Assembly (NCBI GenBank): GCA_903835255.1
Contig: CAILMI010000056.1
Span: 1,298-65,297 of the forward strand
From: an uncultured Verrucomicrobia subdivision 3 bacterium
GTDB taxonomy: Bacteria > Verrucomicrobiota > Verrucomicrobiia > Limisphaerales > UBA11358
Reading direction: 5' to 3'
DNA length: 64,000 bases
Shown: piece by piece, positions 1 to 7,618 of the stretch
Position numbering within the stretch: the first letter of the stretch is position 1
How the letters are laid out: each line of letters starts with the position of its first letter
The notes under the pieces: model-generated
The model's input: the letters and a program-made list of their open reading frames with translations, nothing else
What the model was told of the DNA's origin: nothing
The model's database searches: none
Program-made: the position numbers and the translations under genes

Positions 1-1709
1 CGCTGCGCCGCCTCTCCTGCAGCGTGATCAGCGCATCGGTGGGGGCGTTGATTTTCACTTTTGCCCTGCCGATTTCCGGTCAAACTCATCATCCCCAGCT
101 CCAGTACCGGTTCGGCATCCCCCTCGCGGCCGCATTTTTAATATCGTTTCTTGAGCAAAAAAATTGGAGCCACTTGATTTGCGCCGCGGGCTGGATGGTG
201 TGGCAGATTTATTGCAGTATTTATATTGGATTCTTCCTACTGGTGCTGCTCGCCGTCATCACCGTCATTTATCTTTTAAAGCATTTCAGAGATATGCCAA
301 CCCTTTTCAGACTCGAGTTTCTCGTTTCTTGGAAAGCGCTGCCTCAAAAGAAAAAACTCGTACTGCTCCTCTCGCTGATGCTGCTGGCAGGATTAACCTT
401 TTTAATTTTCTATCCCTATCTTCAAGTCACCCTGCTATACGGGGCCAAAAGGGATTGGGCCACCATTCTCAACGGACTGCCCCGGCCGCAAAGCTACTTC
501 ATCGCAGACCACTCCCAGCTCTGGTCGTCCGCTTCGGCTGCCGGCACCGACATCTCACCCCAATGTCGCCAGGAACATCGTCTTTTCATCGGCCTTATCC
601 CATGGTTGCTGACTCTGACCGGGTTGGTACTGGGTTACAAACAAAAGCAGCGACTCGCCTACTCCCTGCTGGCGACGGCGCTGGGAATGATGATTTTACT
701 CACTCTCAACATCCACGGCCACAGTCTCTGGAAACTGTTTGCCGAATGGCCGCTGGCCTCTGCCATTCGGGCGGGATCCCGCATCATTCTAGTCCTGCTC
801 TTTCCGGTAGCCTTTCTGGCAGCTCTGGCGTCGGACCGGATTCTTGAAAGCAGCCCCAAATACGGCAAACTTTATTTGGCGCTGATTCTTTCCTGTTTGG
901 TTTTTGAATTCTCCCTGTGTCATGCCGGTGAAAGCCCTAAATCCCTGTGGCGAACCCACCTCAGCGCCCGCAATCAAACCATCCCCACCCCTCTTCCGCC
1001 CGATGCCATTCTTTTTTTGGCACAAGTGAATCGGGATTACTTTCAGATAGATGAGGTGGACGCCATGTGGCTGAGTCTGCAGCATCGATTGCCGACTCTG
1101 AATGGCTACAGCGGCGTTTACCCTCCTGAATATGATTTCAAATTCGGCACCAATTCTCTGGAGATCGTCCGGCGCATCAATGCCTACTTGCATTGGACAG
1201 GTAAAACCAATGACCTGGAGGCCTATCGCTCCCTGATTCGACGCGTGGTCCCCATCGGCTTTTCTCCCCTCAACCCCGAGTGGCTCAACCGGCCCCCGTC
1301 CTCGTCACAGAAATTGACGACAAAAAAACAGGAATCCAACCCGGAAATGGAATACCAGAAACAGCTGGAGCGCATCCGCGAAGCCATGAATCGCCTGGTG
1401 CCGGCGGGCGCCACCCTGCTGGTATTCACGGAGGGCGAGGACAGTCTGCTGCAGATGAACGGGCGTGTGGCCCGGCCTTTTCCGCAGGAGACGGACGGCA
1501 CCTATGCCGCCTACCGCCCGGAAAACGACGCCGACGCCATCGCCCAGTTTGAAGCGCTCCGGAAGTCGGGCGCACGCTACGTCCTTACCCCGGCGATCGC
1601 CTTCTGGTGGCTGGACTCGTATCCGAAATTCTACCGCCACTTGCAGGAGACCAGCCGCAGTGTGGCGCGCGATCCGGATTACCTCCTGTTTGAACTGTCG
1701 TCTCGATAG
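1..1709 (+). CDS. Polytopic membrane protein, 5'-partial; possibly a GT-C/PMT-like glycosyltransferase, with a soluble C-terminal domain
   Basis: ORF track 24..1709. In-frame codons 3..23 contain no stop, so the gene probably starts outside the window. The first ~300 aa contain many hydrophobic helices, followed by a hydrophilic C-terminal part ending ...AFWWLDSYPKFYRHLQ. I cannot name a family motif with certainty. Confidence 0.55.
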   Translation, partial: LRRLSCSVISASVGALIFTFALPISGQTHHPQLQYRFGIPLAAAFLISFLEQKNWSHLICAAGWMVWQIYCSIYIGFFLLVLLAVITVIYLLKHFRDMPTLFRLEFLVSWKALPQKKKLVLLLSLMLLAGLTFLIFYPYLQVTLLYGAKRDWATILNGLPRPQSYFIADHSQLWSSASAAGTDISPQCRQEHRLFIGLIPWLLTLTGLVLGYKQKQRLAYSLLATALGMMILLTLNIHGHSLWKLFAEWPLASAIRAGSRIILVLLFPVAFLAALASDRILESSPKYGKLYLALILSCLVFEFSLCHAGESPKSLWRTHLSARNQTIPTPLPPDAILFLAQVNRDYFQIDEVDAMWLSLQHRLPTLNGYSGVYPPEYDFKFGTNSLEIVRRINAYLHWTGKTNDLEAYRSLIRRVVPIGFSPLNPEWLNRPPSSSQKLTTKKQESNPEMEYQKQLERIREAMNRLVPAGATLLVFTEGEDSLLQMNGRVARPFPQETDGTYAAYRPENDADAIAQFEALRKSGARYVLTPAIAFWWLDSYPKFYRHLQETSRSVARDPDYLLFELSSR

Positions 1710-1831
1710 CGGTTCACTGACTTTTAGCAACGGGATCGTGAGCGTCAACTTCGGCAAATGGGTTTTGGGTCAACGTGGAATGAGGTAAACCAGTCGCAGC
1801 GGCCGGTAAGGCCACCAAGGGTGGCCACTCT

Positions 1832-2034
1832 TTAAACCCGAATTCCAAAATGAGGTAGGAATAGCACGCTGCGCCGTCCGGGTCGCCGAGCGCAGCGCCT
1901 GGCGACGAAGCGAGTGGGGTGGCGCATGAAACCGGGCACCATTTGTTCCGCCCGCTCCGCGCGGGCGGGGAAAGCGCAGCAGCGCGCTGCCCCTACCATT
2001 TTCCATAAAAGCTCGCTTCGAAATTCGGCTTAAA
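1832..2034 (+). repeat. MITE/REP-like palindromic intergenic element, copy 1 (~203 bp)
   Basis: Aligns by eye along its full length with 31492..31698. The shared core is GTCGCCGAGCGCAGCGCC[T/A]GGCGACGAAGCG.GTGGGGTGG...TGAAACCG.GCAC..TTTGTTCCGCCCGCTCCGCGCGGGCGGGGA.AGC.CAGCAGC.GCTG.CCCTACCATTTTCC. The termini are inverted: 5' TTAAACCCGAA and 3' TTCGG.TTAAA. Several internal GC hairpins are present. No transposase is encoded. Confidence 0.8.
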
Positions 2035-2596
2035 ATTTCATCCACTCTCGAGGGAAGATTTGCGGGCCGAACCCTATTTCGGAACTCAGCGCCCCAGCAG
2101 CGCCAAAAAACTTGCGACCTTTCCAAATGATTCACTCAGGCCCTTTACGGCGGCGTAATGCTCGCTGCCGGCGGCGCCAAAACGGGTCATCGGGAATTCC
2201 TGGCGGGGAAAGATCGGCACGTCGATGGACGGCATGGCAAAGGGCGCCGACACTGAGATAATTTCGAATCAGTAGGTTCACCAGATTACCCGATCGCCCT
2301 TTTTCACACTCACCAGTTCTGGGGATGACCTCTTCCTCAACCGCGATTATTTTTTAGGCAGCCGCCGGAAGAGTGCCGAAGTAACCGGGACTTGAAACCG
2401 GAGCGATTGCCCCTACACTCCGGCCATCCGGCGCGATTATTGCCGTCCACCCCGTGAATCGACCCGCATATCAAAAGCATCATGATGAAAACAGCGCCGG
2501 AACCAGTCGTGACGGCTCAGTGATTCGTGAGGATGAGCGGCAGCGGGACACGTTCCACTGCAATGTGAGGATACGTCCGGCGAAGACGTTGAATCG

Positions 2597-3997
2597 ATGA
2601 CCTTGAACGCGCACAAAATCCGTGAAGGCGCGGGGCGGCTCCTCACGGCGCCAGTGGACATGGCGTCGCTGGCGGTGTTTCGCTGCCTATTCGGTCTCAT
2701 GATGACGGCGGCCATGGTGCGTTTTTTGGCGCGGGGCTGGGTCACGCAATTCTACATTGAGCCGGCCTTTCATTTCACCTATCCGGGATTTAGCTGGGTC
2801 ACCCCCTGGCCGGGGCATGGGATGCACGCGCATTTTGTGATCCTATCGCTCCTAGGGCTGGGCATGGCACTCGGTTTTTATTATCGGATTTGCACATTCT
2901 TTTTTTTCCTGGGATTCACCTACATCGAACTGTTGGACCAAACAGCCTACCTGAACCACTACTATTTGATCAGCCTGATCAGCGGGCTAATGCTCTTCCT
3001 GCCCGCGAACCGGCTCTGGTCCGTGGACGCATGGCGGAAACCCTCAATCCGACAGGCGACAGTGCCAGCCTGGACGCTAAACCTGCTCCGGTTTCAAGTG
3101 GGGGTGGTCTATTTCTTCGCCGGTCTGGCCAAGGTAAACGCGGACTGGCTGCTGCGTGCCGAACCACTGCGCTTCTGGCTGTCGGCGAAAAGTTGCCTGC
3201 CGGTAGTTGGGCCATGGCTTGACGAGGTGTGGGTGGCATACACCGCCAGCTGGTTCGGCGCACTATTTGACCTGGGCATTGTTTTTTTCCTACTCCACCC
3301 GCGCACCCGCCGCGCCGCCTACGTGCTTCTGCTGGCATTCCACGCCGCGACGGGACTGCTATTTAACATCGGGATGTTCCCATGGATCATGGTGGTGGGA
3401 GCGGCGTTATTTTTTCCCGCTGACTGGCCGCGCCGGTGGCTCCTGAAAAGAGAAGGGCTTCTTTCCCTGATTTACCCGGGCTCGCCTCGGGTGGGGCATC
3501 CCCCCGATGAGAGGGCAAAGGCGCCCTGCCCGGCTCCGCCATTTCCTAACGGCAAAACGAGCGGGTGGATATGGGTTTTGTTAGGACTCTATGTGACGGT
3601 GCAACTGCTGTTACCGCTGCGCTCCTATTTTTACGCAGAACCCCCGGCGTGGACTGGCACGGGATTCAACTGCGCTTGGCGCGTGATGATTGCCGAGAAA
3701 ACCGGCTGCGTGGATTTTTACACACTCAATCCGACGACAGGCCGGAGGGAAAGACTGGCAGGAAAAGATTGCCTGACGCCCCGCCAAGAATTGATGATGG
3801 CGCAGGATCCCGACCTGATCCGCGACTTCGCACGGCACCTGTCTTCGGAGCTGCAGATGCCGGGAGGGGCGACCGTTCCGATTTATGCGGAGGTTTTCGC
3901 CACGATGAATGGGCGGCCAAGTCAGCGGCTCATTGACCCCGCGGTGAATCTGGCGGGACAGTTATCTTCCGGCTGGATCCTGCCCCTCAAGGATTGA
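2597..3997 (+). CDS. HTTM domain protein (homologue of vitamin K-dependent gamma-glutamyl carboxylase)
   Basis: 466-aa ORF. The N-terminus, DMASLAVFRCLFGLMMTAAMVRFLARGW..., followed by FFFLGFTYIELLDQTAYLNHYYLISLISGLMLFLPANRLWSVD, matches from memory the HTTM/VKGC signature (LAxFRxxFG ... LLDKTxWNNHxYL ... WSVD). The protein is multi-pass membrane. Confidence 0.75.
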   Translation: MTLNAHKIREGAGRLLTAPVDMASLAVFRCLFGLMMTAAMVRFLARGWVTQFYIEPAFHFTYPGFSWVTPWPGHGMHAHFVILSLLGLGMALGFYYRICTFFFFLGFTYIELLDQTAYLNHYYLISLISGLMLFLPANRLWSVDAWRKPSIRQATVPAWTLNLLRFQVGVVYFFAGLAKVNADWLLRAEPLRFWLSAKSCLPVVGPWLDEVWVAYTASWFGALFDLGIVFFLLHPRTRRAAYVLLLAFHAATGLLFNIGMFPWIMVVGAALFFPADWPRRWLLKREGLLSLIYPGSPRVGHPPDERAKAPCPAPPFPNGKTSGWIWVLLGLYVTVQLLLPLRSYFYAEPPAWTGTGFNCAWRVMIAEKTGCVDFYTLNPTTGRRERLAGKDCLTPRQELMMAQDPDLIRDFARHLSSELQMPGGATVPIYAEVFATMNGRPSQRLIDPAVNLAGQLSSGWILPLKD

Positions 3998-4012
3998 ACC
4001 CGTGGAATTCGG

Positions 4013-4633
4013 TTAATGAAGGGGTAGATTTTTGGGCGGAAGCGGCGCGTTGTCTGCCACCTCGCCATCGTCACAAAAAGGACAAATCATTCGTCCTTTG
4101 CCCAGGCAGAGATAGCATTTTCCGCTGCCCAAGCATGTGGGGCAGAGATCCCCCTCAAACTGACCTGTGGCATTGCAGGAGGGGCACCGGCCGCTGTTCC
4201 CGCACAGGACGCACAAACTCATTGTCCCCCTGCCGTTGCAGAGGGTGCAGAGTGCGCTGCCATGATTGGCGACGGCGGCGGCGCGAATTTTTTCGTAGGC
4301 GGGCGCATTGGAAGCGATCATTTTAGACCACGCATCGGAACGGGAAAACTGCAACTGTTTACGGAATCCCTCGGTACGAGCGCCCGCACGCTGACGCTTT
4401 TCGCGGAGCGAATCCCGCCGGGAGATTTCATCCGCATAGGACTGCTTCTCCTGCTCGAGCTGGTCGAATTGCCTCTGGCGCTCGGTGTCGGAGACCGTCG
4501 TCACGGGTTGCACGGTTTCAGCGGATACCACCGGTGCCTCGAGGGCAGCGGAGCCAGGGTGACGCTCCCAAAACCAAAAACCCAGAATGAACAGCAGAAA
4601 GGCGCCCCAAAAAAAATGAGTACTGCGGCGCAT
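4013..4633 (-). CDS. Single-pass membrane-anchored protein with a coiled-coil and six DnaJ-type CxxC(xGxG) zinc-finger repeats
   Basis: N-terminus MRRSTHFFWGAFLLFILGFWFW is a TM helix. An ER/Q-rich central segment follows. The C-terminus contains CTLCNGRG, CVLCGNSG, CPSCNATG, CPTCLGSG, CYLCLGKG and CPFCDDG. It lies 4 nt downstream of the 4638..6104 gene on the same strand. Confidence 0.7.
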   Translation of the reverse strand: MRRSTHFFWGAFLLFILGFWFWERHPGSAALEAPVVSAETVQPVTTVSDTERQRQFDQLEQEKQSYADEISRRDSLREKRQRAGARTEGFRKQLQFSRSDAWSKMIASNAPAYEKIRAAAVANHGSALCTLCNGRGTMSLCVLCGNSGRCPSCNATGQFEGDLCPTCLGSGKCYLCLGKGRMICPFCDDGEVADNAPLPPKNLPLH

Positions 4634-4637
4634 AGGA

Positions 4638-6104
4638 TTAGGGCTCCCAATAACTCACCGAGACCTGCTTGCCCGCATTACCAAAGGTGGCCAGTGAATC
4701 CACACTGGCTGTATCATAGCTGATGATACTCGTAGCCGCTTTTGTGTTCTTGTAGTACATCCCGCTTCCCATGATGACCATTCCCTTGATGTACTGGATT
4801 TGTCCGTCCTTGAGATTCTCCATCTCCACATAACAGGGGGTATAAAGCACCCCGCTGATGTTGCAATTGCCGTGGATGTCTAAACACCCGGTCGAATAAA
4901 TCACCGCTGGCATGTCGTCGGTCGCCTTGAAATTCTCAAATCCCTTGGAGGTGATATTGATATTGGTCGGATTTCTGCTGGCAGTGGAGTAGGCCGGAGG
5001 ATAGCCGCTGGCATAGGTGGAGGGATCTGCGGGCACCAATTTGGATAAATTGGCGGCATTCACGTTGATGGCAGCCGTCACCATGATTTTTTCGGACACG
5101 GGATCCCACCCTGTGCCCGTAAAATTAAGCAGCAGCGTCCCCTTGATATTGATGCCATTGGGCAGAGTGGTGGTGGTCAAATTGGCCAAATCCAGGTCGG
5201 TCATTTTCACATCCACGACCACAACTCCCTCCATGGCCTTGGTGAAGGCATTGGTGTATTGCTTGGCGGCTGTGATGAAGCTGGAGAGATTGGTGAAATG
5301 GTTGTTTTTGGTGGTCGGATTGTAACCGTTGGTCGTGAGATCCGCCACGGCCATGTAGCGATCGAGCTGAAATAGCGTGTTACTGGTTCCCTGTGCCGTG
5401 TAATCAGGAATCTGATTAGCGGTCCCTTGATTGGTCATCGAGTATGAATCCGGCGAAATATTCAAGTAATTCGTGTCATAATTAATACGACCATTCGCCA
5501 TCACAGCCAGACCTGACCCCCCATCGATGACAATCGGACCCAGATTGCCCCCATCAATCGCGACATTCCCTCCCTGACCGTCAGCCTTGTCGTTTTTCGT
5601 ATCGGTCGTTCCGTCGTTGACGCTGACGATGGCGGCGGGATAACCCCAGGCCATCCGCACATTGACGGTGGCGGTCTGGGTGACATCCCCGACGCTGGCG
5701 GTGCCGGTGATTTTAGCGGAGGTAGGGGAATTTGTGTCCGGCAAAAGGATTTTTGCCGTGGCGGTTTGGTTGCTGAACGGGGCGGCAATGGTCCGCTGGT
5801 ACAACACGCCAGCGGCCGAAGCAGACACCCGAGAATAGGGATTGATTGCAGTCTGCAAATTATTGCCGAGGGTGCCAGCCGTCTTCGTGAGGGCGGTGTT
5901 TAAATCACTGCAAGCAATCACCGCCGCGCCCTGGGCAAACTCGCGGGCGGATATCATGTTACTGCGCGACAAGGTGACCTTGGATCCCTGAGCCACGAGG
6001 GTCGTGATTCCAGCCCCGATGGTGACCACCACCACCGTGACGAGGCAGAGGACGATCATACTCCCCCCGCACTCCCCGTATTTTCTAATTGTGAACGTTT
6101 TCAT
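4638..6104 (-). CDS. Large PilX/GspK-like minor pseudopilin-associated protein
   Basis: The N-terminus ...GGSMIVLCLVTVVVVTIGAGITTLV resembles the PilX_N/GspK hydrophobic segment and has no Glu5. The remainder is T/N/G-rich and looks secreted. It sits in an operon directly downstream of two prepilin-type genes. Confidence 0.6.
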   Translation of the reverse strand: MKTFTIRKYGECGGSMIVLCLVTVVVVTIGAGITTLVAQGSKVTLSRSNMISAREFAQGAAVIACSDLNTALTKTAGTLGNNLQTAINPYSRVSASAAGVLYQRTIAAPFSNQTATAKILLPDTNSPTSAKITGTASVGDVTQTATVNVRMAWGYPAAIVSVNDGTTDTKNDKADGQGGNVAIDGGNLGPIVIDGGSGLAVMANGRINYDTNYLNISPDSYSMTNQGTANQIPDYTAQGTSNTLFQLDRYMAVADLTTNGYNPTTKNNHFTNLSSFITAAKQYTNAFTKAMEGVVVVDVKMTDLDLANLTTTTLPNGINIKGTLLLNFTGTGWDPVSEKIMVTAAINVNAANLSKLVPADPSTYASGYPPAYSTASRNPTNINITSKGFENFKATDDMPAVIYSTGCLDIHGNCNISGVLYTPCYVEMENLKDGQIQYIKGMVIMGSGMYYKNTKAATSIISYDTASVDSLATFGNAGKQVSVSYWEP

Positions 6105-6117
6105 AGCTAGAATGGTT

Positions 6118-6762
6118 TCAAGGAATAATGGAAAGTACGTTATTGGTCCGGACCCGGTTTAATGATACTCCCGTTCCCTGAATGTCAATGGACTGATATT
6201 TGTCGATTTTGTAGTTGTCGGCAATACCAAACCGGATGATGGCAATGACTTGGTTGGTCATGGTGAAGATTTTGAAGCCCGGCAGGTTGCGGACGCCGGA
6301 GGGGACCAGCACCTTGGTCGAGTTGCTCTGGGTATTGGCGATATACACCATCTGATTGCTGACGCAGTCCGTGACGTTCGTTGCATTGACGCCGACAAAC
6401 TGAAATTGCTCAAAGTGATCCTTGTCATCCCAAGGAATGCCATTAGTCGGGAACCCGTTTGAAGCGGTGTCCAGAGCAATGTTGTCGTCAAAGCCCAGCG
6501 TCAAAATGTTGCCCGAAACGTCATTGGAAATACTGGTGGCAAAGCGGACGCGGCTTTGAATGAATTCGATCGAGTTTCCAGCCTGCTGATTGATTAGGGT
6601 CTGGGCGGTGACACCCGAGACGGCATAGGCGGCATAATAGATGAAGGCCATGGCCCCCGCCACCACCAGTAAACCGATGGCCATAGCCACCATCATTTCC
6701 ACAAAAGTCACTCCGGATCGGTTTCGCCGGACCGGCGATGCCATCGCGTCGCTTAGAATCAT
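6118..6762 (-). CDS. Prepilin-type N-terminal cleavage/methylation domain protein (GspJ-like pseudopilin)
   Basis: The N-terminus RRNRSG/VTFVEMMVAMAIGLLVVAGAMAFIYY matches the G/xTxxE prepilin motif plus hydrophobic helix. Its start overlaps the upstream gene's stop by 4 nt. Confidence 0.75.
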   Translation of the reverse strand: MILSDAMASPVRRNRSGVTFVEMMVAMAIGLLVVAGAMAFIYYAAYAVSGVTAQTLINQQAGNSIEFIQSRVRFATSISNDVSGNILTLGFDDNIALDTASNGFPTNGIPWDDKDHFEQFQFVGVNATNVTDCVSNQMVYIANTQSNSTKVLVPSGVRNLPGFKIFTMTNQVIAIIRFGIADNYKIDKYQSIDIQGTGVSLNRVRTNNVLSIIP

Positions 6763-7232
6763 TGCTGACCCCCGCTGTACTTATTGACAATGGTTTGCAG
6801 ACTCACGGTCATCGGCAGTCGCGGGGTCTGAAACGTGGCCGTGACGGTCACCAGATGCCCTAGGATTCCCTGGGGCTCAATTTTAGTGAGCAGGGTGCCA
6901 GGAACCAGAAACGTCGTGCCCGCCTCATTTAAATCAATCGAGTTCTGATTTGTTATGGTCACCACATTGGTGGTGAACGGATAGGTGGGGGGATTATAAT
7001 ACACCGCCCGGACGTCATAAATCTTAGCCTCCACCAGCGCCGTCGCTGAATTGTAATCCGAGACGCGCGTCGTCGAGAGCTGCATGGAAAAAATGGACCC
7101 GAGGGTGGCCGTGATTAGAATCACAATCAACCCCATCACGATCAAAGTCTCCACCAGAGTCATGGCTCGCACCCGACTCTTATTTGTCCCGAATAAGTTC
7201 ATTTGAGCGTTTCCTGCATCACAATAGAGCAA
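6759..7232 (-). CDS. Prepilin-type N-terminal cleavage/methylation domain protein (GspH/I-like pseudopilin)
   Basis: The N-terminus ...SRVRA/MTLVETLIVMGLIVILITATLGSIF is a prepilin-like motif with Glu at +5. It is the first gene of the 7232->4013 operon. Confidence 0.7.
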   Translation of the reverse strand: MLYCDAGNAQMNLFGTNKSRVRAMTLVETLIVMGLIVILITATLGSIFSMQLSTTRVSDYNSATALVEAKIYDVRAVYYNPPTYPFTTNVVTITNQNSIDLNEAGTTFLVPGTLLTKIEPQGILGHLVTVTATFQTPRLPMTVSLQTIVNKYSGGQQ

Positions 7233-7582
7233 ATCCCCGATAAACCCTTGCCAGTCATCACTCTACTGACCAGACCTACCCCTATAATCGTGGTAAAAAT
7301 GTCCCAATTTGGCAAGGCCAAGCCCCTGCGGGGGGGGCCATCACCCATAAGAGCAAAATTGATACCACAAAAAATAGCCCCAGGCAAAAAAGAAATGGAG
7401 CCTCTCTCTTTGACAGAATCCGCGAGAAATCTATCACCCTGGCATCTGAGATGCGGACGGGGCTGACCACGGTCCTCCCACGTAGTAAAAAAGAGGTTGA
7501 AGTTTTACTGCTAAAAATGCCCGCGAGTATTTTGGCGCGGCGATTGCCGTTCATTCCCCTAGCGTTGAGCCCGGTTGCAGCA

Positions 7583-7618
7583 GAAACCAAAACGGGCAAC
7601 TGCCGGCAAGACGCCGGC
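7583..7618 (-). terminator. Possible terminator hairpin at the photolyase stop codon
   Basis: The minus strand reads GCCGGC-GTCTT-GCCGGC followed by AGTTGCCCGTTTTGGTTTC. The stem is only 6 bp and the U-tract is interrupted. Confidence 0.3.

Noticed and set aside
1770-2135. 121-aa minus-strand ORF covering repeat copy 1
   Set aside because: It is encoded entirely by the palindromic repeat. The Arg/Pro/Ala-rich peptide has an equivalent in copy 2 only because the DNA is repeated, and there is no independent coding evidence.
2086-2235. 49-aa minus-strand ORF (MPSIDVPIFPRQEFPMTRFGAAGSEHYAAVKGLSESFGKVASFLALLGR)
   Set aside because: Its composition looks protein-like and it could be a gene remnant. 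However, it is short, has no recognisable family and no clear start context, so the evidence is insufficient.
7299-7466. 55-aa plus-strand basic ORF (MSQFGKAKPLRGGPSPIRAKL...) downstream of a TATAAT and containing the G8 tract
   Set aside because: There is no family resemblance, and it lies in the leader of the oppositely oriented pseudopilin operon. It is kept only as a remark within the G-tract finding.
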